In this document: in pieces, positions 1 to 12,390 of the stretch
Layout of the letters: every line of letters starts with the position of its first letter
Numbering within the stretch: the first letter of the stretch is position 1
Source: Amphiscolops sp. MND2022
Taxonomy: Eukaryota
Length of the DNA: 64,000 nt
Direction: 5' to 3'
Assembly: GCA_964187785.1 (NCBI GenBank)
Contig: OZ076410.1
Coordinates: 38,626,001 to 38,690,000, forward strand
The notes under the pieces: generated by a model
Told to the model about the DNA's origin: nothing
Database searches by the model: none
What the model saw: only the letters and a program-made list of their open reading frames with translations
Translations under genes and position numbers: made by a program

Positions 1-367
1 AAAATGATAACAAATGACGTTTGATAACAAATGTCGCTACCCCTAAATTCAAATTTTTCATTTCAAATTTTATTTCAATCGGGCTGCAGAAGGTAGGACT
101 TTTCTAATTGTACATTCTGTCCTGTCTTGTTTAGTAAGCAGTCGCCTTTGATTTACCTTTGATTTGTGGGAAGCAGAAGAACATGAAAGCTAGACGGATC
201 CCCAAAGCTTCAGGTTGCTTCTTTTCTCAATATGCAAAACCAATAGCCTTAACAAAGCATGGAGATTTGTGAGATGGTTCTTTGTTGTTGCTTTTTGTTG
301 CTTGCATGCTTTACCTTAGCTTTCTAACCGCAAAATAACCATCGTTAACACAACTTGAAGGAGGGTG

Positions 368-900
368 TTTTTAGTCGGCGCCTTTTCCCTTAAGGAAAAA
401 AGCCCGACTCTTACAGTGAGTAGTTTTTTTGTTTTTTTTTTCAGTTGACAATCTCACTCTGAGTGGTCCACTTTTCTTACAATTTGTTCATCTTTCATTT
501 TGTTCATCTTCCATCTTCGACCAAGCCGGAGAGCGTGGGTTCCATTCTCGCACTAAACCATAAATTTTTTAATGCTTCCAAAAGTACAGGTGAGACCAAA
601 GGGTCCCCCTTTGGGTTTTTTTCGGCACTATGCGACTTTTTTGAAAATTTTTGAATTTCATCAAAGGGTACCCCTTGCATTTTTTTGAAGTTTTCGGTTT
701 GTAGAAAACGCTGAATGAGCTTGAATGGCCTCTTTTTGAGTTTTTCGGCATTGTGCGACTTAAAAAATACTTTTTTCGAAAGAAAAAATTTCAAAAATAA
801 TTTTTTTGAAAAAAAATTTTTCCAAATATTTCCAATAGTTGTTCCTTGAATATTTTTGAGCCTAAGATATGGCGCCGACTTGGGACGTTCCCGTCTTGTT
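368..900 (+). mobile_element. Non-autonomous Helentron/DINE-1-like (HINE) element, copy 1
   Basis: 5' subterminal AGTCGGCGCC (373-382) with nearby partial inverse CCGACT (404-409); reverse-complement GGCGCCGACT near the 3' end (871-880) followed by hairpin GGGACGTTCCC and GTCTTGTT; internal GGGTCCCCC/TTTTCGGCACT-TGCGAC repeats; T-rich flanks; the same termini recur elsewhere in the window. Confidence 0.6.
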
Positions 901-1973
901 TGTGATTATGGACATTATTGTGCAATCCTTTTGAGTTTCAAAATCGATGCTTTTGTTTTTGCAAAAATAACTGTTTGATGCTTTGGAAATTCCAGTTTCA
1001 TTGTTTGTTTTCCCTCTTCAATATATTCAAAGTAATCATATACTGTTCTGTCAATTTCTTCAGTTTTTTACTATCTCTTGGTAAACGTAAGCGTCCTTTC
1101 TTCATTGAAGTTAGCTCTTCTCCAGAAATCAGTTGTTTTCGAATCTCTATGAATTTTTTCAAATTTCTTCCGATCTTTTGGTAAAAAAACTTTCTTTCTT
1201 CATTGAAGTTAGTTCTTCTCCAGGAATTAGTTGTTCTTGAAGCTTGCATTGAATATTTAAGTATTTTAGATTTCGATTAATCGTAAAGATTCCATGGTTC
1301 TTCTCGTTCAAATGCTTTCGTTTTTGTTTGCAGAATTTTCACATAGTATAATAAACACAAAATGTTTCTGGTGTTCTTACAAACTGGTAGGAACTCATTA
1401 ACGTTGTTTTGTAAAATTGGAACAAAAGTAATCAACTTCAGAAAAATGCAAGAATTATTACTGAAGCTGACACCTATGAAACCAAACCTTGAGATTGGGC
1501 AGAGAATCAGATGGAAGACTGTTGCATTGGTAACTGATGGTGCTGGGGAGGTATGGTTTTGGCCGAAAATTAGGCGAACACCAAACCGGCAGCAACAGGC
1601 GGCGATGGTGGCGACAGGCAAAGCTTACAGGCAAAGGTTCCATATAGTATTGTGCTCATGGCACCTGTGAAATATCCAAACGATCCAATTTTAGGTAATC
1701 GGTGGGAGCGATAGCAGCTTCAGGTTGCACCTCTAGCCAGCACTCGAAGGCTCCGGATTGCGTGGCCCAAGCAGCAGGGGCAGGAAGCCAACAAACTTGA
1801 AAAAAATCTTACCGGCGGAGAATTAAAGACGGCTTAGTTCGAGTCCAAGGTAACACTAAGCTAATTTCAAACAATATTTGCGCTGTTCATAATGTCTCTA
1901 TTGATTTAGAATATAATCATTTGGCCTAGTACAATTCATTATTTTCGACTGTTCACAATTGTTTTGCCCTAAT

Positions 1974-2503
1974 TTGGGCGGCGTTTTCGAAGAAAATCCC
2001 GACTCTTACAGTGGCTAGTTTTTTTTCGTCAGTTCAACGCGAAACGTCCACTTTTTGTGCATTAATGCACATTTACCAACTTTTACCATATGTACTTAGT
2101 ACTTCATTTTTAACGCATCCAAAGCCTCTAACATGAGATAAAAAGCCATTGCAAAACAGAAGGGTCCACTTTTTTTGACACGATGAGACTTTCTTCCTTT
2201 TTTGGCACTGTGAGACTGATTTTTTTCCGAAATTTTTTTATTGTTCCTCCCATCAATTTTTGATATTTTGCAACAGAATGGATGTTCAAAAAAATCCCAA
2301 AGCGTCCCCCCTTTTACATTCTTCGTCATTATGTGACATACCGGAAACCTCAAAAAAAATTTCGAAAGAAAATCGGAATTTTTTTCTCAATTTTTAGTTT
2401 TTTGAGAACTTTTGTTGTCTCCAGTTGTAGAAAAAGTGGTTTTCGTTTTCGAGTCTTTTCGAGCCTTAGATATGGCGACGACTTGGGCCGTTCCCGGCTT
2501 CTT
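1974..2503 (+). mobile_element. HINE-like element, copy 2 (more diverged)
   Basis: CCCGACTCTTACAGTG 5' motif near 2000; 3' GAGCCTTAGATATGGCGACGACTTGGGCCGTTCCCGGCTTCTT at 2461-2503. Confidence 0.5.
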
Positions 2504-2849
2504 AATGGTTGGAACATGATGGAAAGTTGTAAGAAGTCAAGTTTCAGTTGATAAGCTTCAAGAAAACTCCAATTCTTTTGCAAATTCTCCCAAGGAAAAT
2601 TCTAGAAATTTCTTACCGAGAATATTCTCAGTGCAGCTTCCGTTGTTCACAATCCTTGAGTTTCTTAATCGTTTTTGCAACTAAAACCCATCGACCAAAG
2701 TTTGAGTTGATTCGTCGAAGTGACTTTAAATCTGAGTGCTGAACTTGTTGAGTATTTATCCGAAAAAAAAACAATTGAATATTCGAATTTTTTAGAAGAA
2801 TGTCTTGAATTGAATCTTTCGGTTTCAGCTTCGCAACCTACGTTGAAAC

Positions 2850-3200
2850 AAACACCGAAATGCAAAAAAGTCAGCCCATTGGTGTGTATATTGAAAGATA
2901 CACTCCATGTAGCTTGTATTTGCTTGTGTATATTCAATCTTAGACGGCTTTTACCTACGGTATGCTACTGTTAAAAAAAAATAGAATGCATATATCCCAT
3001 ATATGCTTATGTACATCAAATCTGAGACCCTTTTGGCACGTAGTATGCTGCTATGTAAAGACAGATAGACTGCCTATGTCCTATATACGCTTGTGTTTTT
3101 CAATCTTAGACTACTTTGGCATGTAGTTTGCTAGTGTATAATGAAAGACAGATTGCATATATCCTATATATGCCCATTTATATTCAATTTTGGAGGACTT
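2850..3200. repeat. Degenerate tandem repeat, unit about 80-90 bp
   Basis: Recurrent TTCAATCTTAGAC, TTTGGCAYGTAGT and GCATATATCCYATATATGC blocks. Confidence 0.4.
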
Positions 3201-4214
3201 CGATGCACTATTCAATCAGAGTTTCTCACCTGTCAATCTGTTTCACGGGTGCAAGCCAATGGAAATTAGGCAGAAACTGATTTCATGCCAAACGTTTCGA
3301 GCCACTCAAAGAAAAGGATAGAAAACAAAAGAAAAGTACAAAGGTACAATAGATTGTTTCGTTCGTTGTCGCTCTCCGGATTACTGATTCGGGCCGGTTT
3401 CCGTCGTTTACTTGGTTCCTCGTTGCTTCCAAAGTCTACATATCAGATCAATCTGTGAGTTTCTCTCATCCTCTGTATACTGCGCACTCACTTGAATATC
3501 ACTTGAATGGCTGCTTTGGGTGCCAGGCCGTGCCCTTCTTTCATCTTCAGTGCAAGATAGAATGACGCTTTCTATCCGCCTCTTCCTCAGCGTTGTCATC
3601 TATGGAAGGATTCCAACGTATAAAGTTTGATCGTCATCAGAGTGATCCAAGTCTGATAAGTAGTCGCTTAGTTGTTCTTCCGAAGTTTCGCTGACACAAT
3701 CACGGCTCCGATCCAGCGGTGACCTATCTACCATCTGATCGTACGTATTGTCAAACATGTTAGGTGTGCCGGAACGGTTCTCGTTACTTTCTTGATCATT
3801 GATTGGCAACCACACCACTGCCTGAAATGCACTCCACGTGAGTCTGGGAGATGTTAAGTCTTCTACCCAATCATTATCGTCCTGAATATCTTGGAGAATA
3901 ATCTTTTCTCTGATTGCATAATGCCCCAAAGACAAGCAATTGACTTCGTCGTACCTGTTATCATCGAAGCAACTGAAAGACTTTATATTTGGTGTGGTTG
4001 TTTCTACGATTGGTGGTTAAGTGAGCCAGTTTGGGTGTTGAGCGTATCGACTGATATACACCTTAGTGGGACCTGACGGTACAGCTCATGTTTGAGTTTC
4101 GTTTGAACCTGAGTGTCACCATCGTTTGTGAAATGTTCTAGAGACTATGACAGAGAGGGTAGTTTGACAAATCAAATTGATTTCTTAGCTGCTCACTGGT
4201 CTCGATTTCGTTTC

Positions 4215-4565
4215 TGAAATTCGTTTCCTTGTAACTGGTACAACAACGAATCAGTAAATCCCGAGTGAAACAAGCGGCAATCAAAACGTTTTCTCATGAC
4301 ATTGTAGTGAAAGTCATACATAAGGTACTTTGCAAGATCGAGGAAGGCAGCTCCCATAAAAGTGGCCTTGTTCCAGAAGGTACATCGCTTCCTCAGAATC
4401 AGAGCAGCCAAGTTTCGGTAGATGATTTTAAATTCTCGGAATAGGTGTTTCGAAAACTGCTTTTTCACCTCTTCTTCTGAGCGCACAAAGTGCAAGTTCG
4501 CTCTCTTTCGTCTGCTTTCAAGTGTTTTTCCGTAGCAGCTATTGTTCTTCTTGAGTTTGTAGAAA
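4215..4565 (-). pseudogene. Fragment of a protein-primed family B DNA polymerase (Polinton/Maverick-like)
   Basis: ORF 4193-4675 contains KLKKNNSCYGKTLESRRKR (KLxxNSxYGK motif), LAKYLMYDFHYN and GFTDSLLY (degenerate YxDTDS). Confidence 0.65.
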
Positions 4566-4589
4566 CCTTCTTCGAATGATTTTCGGTGA

Positions 4590-6480
4590 TGGAGAGGAAA
4601 AGTCACGGATCGCGTGGATATGATTGTCACTGGACTGGATGTCGGTCGAGTGATGAAGAGGCCAGGAAATGCCACTGTGGGTTGGAGCCAAATATACGTT
4701 TTTTGAATGCTGCGACCGCGAATGTCTAGTCAGCGCCATGTTTGACAGAAGCAATGATGCATTTGGTTTTGCAGAAGTAATCATTCAAAATTTCGTCGAA
4801 TTTTTTGCACGACTCGCCCTGGGAGGCAGCGTAGGCATATGGACAGGTTTTGTATCAGTACCGTCCCCATGGCGTTATGAACGTAGTGAGGTGACGGTCT
4901 TCTCGTATTAGCACACTGTCATACCCGTTCCGAGCATTAGTGAGCGATGCCTTGTGAAACGGGGATTGGGTGTGGTGCGATTCACAGACAGAGTGTTTGT
5001 TGAGCACCTGCTTGTCGAATATTGCAGTCTTCTGTCTTTCTTCCATGCTGTGATCAATCGTTGACACCATCTAACCGGTTCACACATTGGAAACGTCTTG
5101 ACGTCCCGAGTTTGACAGACATCTTTGTCGCATCTCCATTGCTGTTACCAGTTTAGAAGGACATGAGCGGGTTTAAGAACTGCGATCGGCTTGGAGCTTG
5201 GGTCGACGTGGAGTTCCAATGGCGGATCCTCCATTAGAGGGATTGTTTGGTATTTGCAAGCAATTTAAAGTGATGGATCGGTCTCTGTCGAGTATCCACT
5301 TCTGGAGAGCAGATCAATTGGTGTCAGTAGCAGGGAATGGTAGAGCAGTAGTTGCAGCTTGGTACGTATGGGACAGTAGCAGTCGTAGGACAAAACGACA
5401 ACCAGCATCAGTTGTTATGGCAAACGAAACTTGGCGTATCCGTGTGGGAAGGTGGTACCCCAACTCCTCATAGAGTTTTGTTTGAGGGCGGGAAGTGAGA
5501 TAAACAGTCAGTTGCGGCCGTCTCGTGACCTAGCCCTTTTTATCGTTGAAGATGTGGTGGTCAAGGACGACCGTCCGTCTATCGGTTCTATGAGAGGACT
5601 CCGTGCAGGCCTCAGATGTGTCACGAAAATTGTGAAAGTGAGCGTTGGATTCGTTCTTCGTTGTGTTTTCACCAGTCCTTTTGGGTTTAGGGGTTCTTTT
5701 AGTCACACTTTGAACAATTTTTGGGCCAGTCGTTGCAGTTCTTCTTCCTAGCTTGAGTATCGCGGCCATAGCATTGCATTATTGTTGGCAATTTCGGCAA
5801 TTGACAAGGTGTTAGTCCTTGTCCGTCTGTTCAGACGGAGATAGTGTCACAGCACTCAAATCTAGAGAGTTGCTTCTTATCGTTTAAAAGCTTCTTCGGC
5901 CTCTAGAAACATAACTGCATCCTCCAGGGTCATGTCCTTGATGTTGTGTCCCAGTACCTTTTACTGAATGTTGCTGTAGACAAGTCCTCTAATGAGGGCC
6001 TCACGGACCATGTCATCGGTATAAATAACCGCTTCAAACGGGTTGTGAGAGCAGTGTTTAGTGATTTTGCAGACCATAACTCGACCTCCTAACCGCGCGG
6101 CAAATCTTTTAACACCCTCCTCTCTGTCTTGTGTCATTGTTGTGAGAGTTATCCTGCTCTTAGTGGCGTTCTAGGTCTTCACAGCTAGAGACTTGATTGC
6201 TGCTAGAGCATGTTTCTCGGTCGCCGTATGGAGGTTTTAGTGGAAGGGATGGAAATCCTTGCGTAGACTGTCTTCACAACATTCGAGGAGCTCTAAAGTG
6301 ACATCATAGTGGGCTATGCGTGTGGCTGTCTTGTAGGCGTCAAAACTGGTGATGAAGTTTTCGCACATTTGGGCGAGACAATTTGTCGGGGGGTTAGGCT
6401 GCTGACAGGCGCCTGGTACATGCAAATACCTGTGCAGCGTGGAACGTGCGATGGCTTGAGCTGCTTTAGTATCCCCTTGG
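4590..6480 (-). mobile_element. Decayed Ty3/Gypsy remnant D (gag, protease, 5' part of RT)
   Basis: Minus-strand remnants MTQDREEGVKRFAARL and DDMVREALIRGL...DMTLEDAVMFLEAEE (gag), AITTDAGC (protease-like) and EDRHLTTFITPWGRY (RT); many stop codons. Confidence 0.6.
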
Positions 6481-8001
6481 CGAAGGAACATCCTTCAATG
6501 GGGCAATTGAGCACCACCAAAAGTACCTTCACTAGTTGATTCTCGGCTTCCAACACACGATATGTAATACTACTAAGATAGATATATGAACGAGTTTGAA
6601 GTATACTATACGTGACACTTTGAGGACAGATTAAAAGAATACGCCATAACCACCTGATACGTGCGATTTTATGAAGATATTTATCAACGAGACAATGTGT
6701 AGTTCCGAACAGTTCAAGCTTCGTTTTGGGCGATATTGGGACTTGCGGTTTGCAGGTTCTTTTTAGGTTGCAGAAGTTGCTCGTCCGCTTACTAAGAACA
6801 GAAACCATTTAGAAATCTCTGTTTGTAAAAACAGTGTCGTTTAAAACATTTATTTTATGAAATGATCCTCTAAAAGGAAATGATACTCTGAAATACATCT
6901 CTACAATTCCAAAAGTGTCGTAAGAGTTTAGAACATTGTATATTACTTATTTTAATTTCAAAACATGCAAGAAAAAGATTCGATTATGTTTGCAAAGTGA
7001 TGGGAACAATGATTTTGATGATTCTTTCTTGTATGTTACCTTATTTCAGATGAATTGTTGATGTATATGTGTTATGCTTTTTTTCATGGACACTGCAAAT
7101 ATTACGTTTTATTGAAGTGTTTAGCTTCGCAGATGGTACGACAATTGGTATTACGACAAGAACACATTTCAAAGTTAGTATGCTCAAGATTATTTCTGCC
7201 AGTTCACTGTAAAATTCCAATGAAGAACTGCAAATCAATTGCATAATTAGTTACAAGAAATTAACCGGTTCTGGCTTGAAATTAGACATAGTGGCCTAGT
7301 TAAAAGACCTTTACAGCTACCTGGAGATCTGAAAAGTACGAGAATAATTCTATGGCACGATCTGAAGAACAATACTATTACGCCTCACGGAAGTAACAAC
7401 TAATACTCTCAAAGTGTGATTCAGTTGTTGACTCCTTTGAGAAGTCTTACAAACCTATCCAATACAAGACATTGTCAGCGTAGAGAATCACGGAATATCT
7501 GTAAAGATCTGAGAACATTGGAGTGCCCAAACATCCATATCACGACTGATGTTCTGAAAACGTCAGAGCAGTGCAGTGAAGTTCTCGATGAGAACTACAT
7601 AGCTTTGCATAACCAGAGCGATCTCGATTTCAGATAACTTTAAGTAGTCCTACATTACATAACGAATCGGAAGGTCGTGAAAAGCAGAGGCACTAAGCGA
7701 AGAACTCACGAGGAGCTAAAACGAGTCGCTGCTCTCCTCTCGAGTTGAAATTTAAGGTCAATTGACGCGAGTACGCATAGCATATTCGATATCTTTCCGG
7801 ATGGTCACCACCAGAAGTTGCAGATTTTGGTGGCTTTGTTTTTTTATTCTTGCAAATTTGGAATGAGTGTTCTTCATTGCAATATAATGTCCCCTCTTGG
7901 TTTCGGATTTGCAATTTGCGCTGACCTATCCAATGTTCTGGCACTTGGAGCATCGAGCAGTTTGAATGTTTTTGCATAAGTAGTGATGAGAGTAGAGGAT
8001 C

Positions 8002-8898
8002 CCCAGTGTTTGAACCCATGGCATCCTTGCCAAGATCCATGGCAAGTTCCTTGGTAGCCTTGCCAAGATCTTGCCATGATCTTGCCATGATCTTGGCAAG
8101 GATGCCATGGCCATGCAAGATCGTGCAAAGGCAACCATGATTAACCATGATCTTGGCAAGGGTTCCATGGTAACATTAGCGAAAATTTTGGAAAATTCAG
8201 AGCTCTTATTTTCAAATTGTAACTAGTATCTAAAAATTTATTGGGACCAAAAAACAGACATGTATAGGGTTAAACAGAAGAAAAATTGGTAGTCAAGACA
8301 TTAAAGGAAAAATGTTTTTGCTCCGACCATTTTGAGTTTTTATTGCATTCTCGAACTTCAGTAATTAGAACCCGTTACCTCAATAGATCAGGTAATAGCA
8401 TGATTTGCATAATTCTAAACAAATCTTAGCTAGAAAAGTTGGTTTTCACAGCGATATCGCAAACCCGAAAGTTGCAATAACTTGATTCGGAGTTTGCTTG
8501 GTATGATAAGTCATGTTAGTAGTAACAATGCCGTGCTCTCAAGTAACAAAACGCGGTCAATAGGTGCAGCAAATTATTGAGCCAATTTTGGATAATTTTC
8601 AATTAAAAAACTATTTTCAATCAATAAATATTATGTCCAAAGTTATTACAATGGCTAATTCAAAAATTGCAGACGACAAAGAGTTTTTGCGAAAAGAATA
8701 AATTATGCACAAATAATACCAGCTTACATGTCTTACCATGGTTATCTTGTCAAGATCTTGCCATGATCTTGCCATGATCTTGGCAAGCGTTCCATGTATC
8801 ATGATTAGCTATGATCTTGGCAAGGGTATCATGGTTAACCATGATTTAGCAAGATTAACCATGATCATGGCAAGCGTTCCATGGCTTCGAACACTGGG
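8002..8898. mobile_element. Non-autonomous TIR element (MITE), CACTA/EnSpm-like
   Basis: TIRs CCCAGTGTTTGAACCCATGG and CCATGGCTTCGAACACTGGG; TC on both sides as a possible 2-bp TSD; subterminal arrays of GATCTTGCCAT/GCCAAGATC in both orientations at 8020-8170 and 8735-8885. Confidence 0.6.
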
Positions 8899-9380
8899 TC
8901 ATGTCAGACCATGAAAAACATGTCAGACCATGTCAGACAACAAACAGGCTGTGTTCCAATTCTTTCACTTTATCTGCTTCTCTCTTTGATGGGAGTTCAA
9001 ACTGGACATTTCCTCTTGTGGCTTTGAAAGCATACTTCAGTTGTTCCAACGGGTAGAGTTTGACGAAAATACTCTTTATATTTGAACACTCTCCGGTGCG
9101 TTTTTTCGAATTTATCTCAATCAAGATGTTTTTTGGTTTTCAAGCAGTATGATTGCTTGCTCAAGTAGGTCATTTTCTTGTTTCGAAAGAAGTTCACTTG
9201 ATCCATGTGTCCAATTGCGACATGATTCCCAGAACATTGAGTGATCAGTACCAACTTGCGTCAAACATGAGCTACAAAGTCTGTTCTTGTTGGCTGTTTT
9301 TAAATTCGGTCACTTATTTTTCCCTTCGAGTCTGTTTTCATTGACAACTCAACGAGTCTAGTGGAAAGATACTTTGAGAG

Positions 9381-10925
9381 TGTCATAACCTTCATCGTTT
9401 TCACTCTGTTCAGAATCTCCTGAACATTCTATTTGATGATTTGAAAGGTTATTTGTTGTCTTATTTAGTCTATGAAAATTCTCTCTTGAGTCTTGGACCC
9501 GCTGGCCAATTCTAATTTTATGCCGTCCATACGACCCTAGGTCCACAGTCTGGTCCATAGGGACGTTTCTACTCGGATGCCGTCCGTCTGACCGAAGGTC
9601 CAATTTCGCGTTTTTACGCTCCCTGTGGTTTATGATGACATTTTCAATGCTCGGTAGTATTTTCTCATCAATAGCAGAGTTGATTACCTCCATGATATGG
9701 GAATTAAGATCAGATTTCATTTCCTCCAATTTCCTTGACATCTGTGAAGAGATTTCTGAACTAATTGCTCTGCTAGTTTCTACTGTAATTTCACTATTCT
9801 CACTTAAATTTGTATTCAAAAGAGATCTATAGTTACTTTCTTCATGACTGAAACCTTGTTGCTGTCTACTTGACTCAGGGTCAATTTCTATTTGATCTAC
9901 CGTGTTCTGGTCCCTAGTATCGCTGTTTGTATAATTTCCGAGCATCACATCTAGATTTTCAATATCAGACATTATGTCAGATTGTCTTGAACGTTTCTCT
10001 CTTGCTTTTTGCTTTCTGGTTGAAGGCATTTTCAAGAAATGGATTTGATTTCAACAGTGAATTGATCAATAGTAACAAACCAAACAGTTTTGTATCGTAG
10101 CGTTTTCAATCAATGAATGAATCCCTCCTTTTACAAGTTCCGCGTATATATAGTTTGTACTGCATGACACGCAATCTTTTGCGTGTCAGGAACTAAATTT
10201 AGGGTGATATCATTCTAAATATAGCCCCGATTAGATTATTAGGTCACTAGTTCTAAAAATAGACTGAGGGTTTTGACATTACGTCACACAAATGAAGAGA
10301 TATAAATAGCATCAAACAAACAGTGGGTATCTTTACATGTATTCAGGTTAAAATCAACCTTTCATGCATTGGTAACATCAATATTCAATGAAATTCTAAA
10401 TTTGACCATGCGTCAGCATGACTGCAATGATAGACTGGTACTTTACTCTCATTGGTCAACAAGTACTTGTGACCACACGTCGATTTGACTGCAGTAGAGT
10501 ACTAGTTAATTAGCTAAGATAAGTGTTTTAAGGTACTCTTTAAACACCGTTTAACAGCACTTGAGTTACTTAGCTAAGTGTTGCGTCACTAACTAAGTGA
10601 TGTACTTTAGGTTCAGATTAATTGCAAGTAATTTCATCAATGGGAAATTCTAAATAGTAACAAATCAATAATAGCAATTGAATAAATGCACAGATTAAAT
10701 GCCGTCAGTTTGACCTTTGGTCTGAATAGTAATATCGAAATTGCATGTTTAGCGTTAATAATTCGGTCATTACATGCATGAAACAAATATTAAACTATCA
10801 GAATAGATGCTAAAATCCGTTTCAGAGTTTGTCCTAGATAGGTAGTACACCGGGGGCTGGTGGCGTCTCATTACCTTGTGGCATCATTTGGTATAGGATG
10901 CCGTCACAAGCGGCAGCTTGCGACA
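9381..10925 (-). repeat. 3' LTR of element A (carries the first about 218 gag codons and the tail of the accessory ORF)
   Basis: Direct repeat of 23983-25527; only two substitutions noticed by eye; ORF 9358-10035 is the LTR copy of the gag 5' end. Confidence 0.97.
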
Positions 10926-11658
10926 CTCCCCCCGGTACAAGTATGAACGTCCCTGCTTTCATACCTGCCTGGAATGCATCACGTCTAGCAATCCGCTGCT
11001 CATAAGTTTCTCCTGGAATGTGTGTCTGTTCAAGGTACCCCAATGTTATTTCTTCTTTAATGTCCGCAGATGATTTCCCACAGATCACGCAACCAGTTTG
11101 GGTCGTCTCATTCGGTTGGCCACAGCTTCCCCCGACACTAATTCCGAGGCCCGTGATGTGTGAGTTGCCATACCATGAGTCTGCCAAACCTTGAGGTTGC
11201 GTAGGCTGGTAGGCGTCAACTGAGGGTCCTTGGTCTTCTGGCGGAGGTGACCATGGGGAGTCCAGTATTGGGTTTAGCTGGCCACAATACGTTATTGGGT
11301 GGTCATCCGCATTTGAGCCATAAGAGGTTCTTGGGGGGCCCCCAACACACCAATCGAGCAAGTCTTGTGACGGGTCTGTAAAAGTGCTCACTGATCCAAT
11401 TAGATCGTCATCTGGTATGTTCAGGTCGTTCAAGCAATGAGCTAATTCTGTAATCATCGCCCGACCCGCGGTGAGTTGTGGAGGGAAAGGTATATTTTCA
11501 CGATAACAAGCAAGAACTTGTATGTCGTCGTCCGAATCTTGACCTTCAGGTCCGTCTGCAATGGACACTGAGTCCACTTCCATTTCTTCATCAGATGACT
11601 GGTACGAAAGGCTAACCAGAGGTCTATCGTGTTCCTCCAAAGAAAATTGTAGAGACAT
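10834..11658 (-). CDS. Accessory sense ORF of element A, 274 aa from MSLQF, unknown function
   Basis: Homologous along its length to 58336-59160 (MSLQF, SDxxxVLAC, CVxCGK, IKEExTLxYLExTH, LVPGGVSQA, PGVLPI); crosses the PPT and stops inside the LTR. Confidence 0.85.
   Translation of the reverse strand: MSLQFSLEEHDRPLVSLSYQSSDEEMEVDSVSIADGPEGQDSDDDIQVLACYRENIPFPPQLTAGRAMITELAHCLNDLNIPDDDLIGSVSTFTDPSQDLLDWCVGGPPRTSYGSNADDHPITYCGQLNPILDSPWSPPPEDQGPSVDAYQPTQPQGLADSWYGNSHITGLGISVGGSCGQPNETTQTGCVICGKSSADIKEEITLGYLEQTHIPGETYEQRIARRDAFQAGMKAGTFILVPGGVSQAAACDGILYQMMPQGNETPPAPGVLPI
10926..10933 (-). other. Polypurine tract GGGGGGAG of element A
   Basis: Abuts the TGTCGC start of the 3' LTR on the element strand; identical in element B. 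Confidence 0.85.
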
Positions 11659-12299
11659 TTCCTTGTAGAAACGTTGAATGAGAAGTTTTTTAGCAATTGT
11701 GGCAAACAAGGTTTGTAGCGACTGAGTTTCACAAAGTTTGGGAGGTAAATAATTTCCTGCTGTCTTCTTGACTTCAGGTCCAACCCCAATTTTGGCGGGG
11801 GTTGGGCGCGGGGTTTTCCCCGAATCATAGTTTTCACATTTCCTATTTAGGTTTCGATTAAGAGCGGAGTCCCGAATAACTTTCGAGTAATTTATCTGCG
11901 AGGCTTGTTAATTGCCTCTTCAAGTTGTTTTACTTCATTCTTCAAAGGCGTCACTTGACAATCTAAGTGTTGTCTCTCTTAATTCTTCGTCAACAATTAA
12001 CTTGAAAGACCGACGGTCCTTTCGACGGCAGCAATGATGATAACCAATCAAATAACACTGGATTGATTGGTAAAATATGACGAATAATTTTATGAATGTG
12101 AAATGAAATAAGTAATTTGATGCATTTTTTAGTTGTAGAGAATAAAATAAAGTGAAACAAGTAAAGAAGTCCATGAATATTCCGCTGGCAGATTCCATAC
12201 CATGAACTATGAGTAGTAGAGTTTGATTAACATAAAGGAAGAGATGGTAACATAAGCGTAAACCTTACATGTAGCCACGACATCCAAATGATAGTTAAA

Positions 12300-12390
12300 G
12301 TAAGAGCAATAGAGATAATAATATTGATAATAATAATTGTACTGTTATCAGTAATAATAATAGTAATAATAATAATAATAATAATAAGGA
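12300..12390. repeat. (AAT)n-like low-complexity tract in the internal spacer of element A
   Basis: AATAAT runs; a shorter ATT run occupies a similar position in B (about 57715-57735). Confidence 0.7.

Noticed and set aside
918-1700. Possible transposase or repeat-protein remnant with an internal about 95-bp duplication
   Set aside because: No recognisable motif; short ORFs only
8020-8170. CRISPR-like or coding interpretation of the GATCTTGCCAT arrays (ORFs 7693-8168)
   Set aside because: No unique spacers and a eukaryotic context; the ORFs are translations of MITE subterminal repeats
8933-9124. Possible LINE ORF1-like remnant next to element A
   Set aside because: Only vague resemblance; no RT/endonuclease or zinc knuckle nearby to support it
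9358-10035. Independent host gene (also 60150-60758)
   Set aside because: These are the gag 5' ends carried within the 3' LTRs, ending just past the LTR boundary
10834-11709. env gene in the canonical env position
   Set aside because: No signal peptide, transmembrane segment or furin-type cleavage site visible; acidic and hydrophilic
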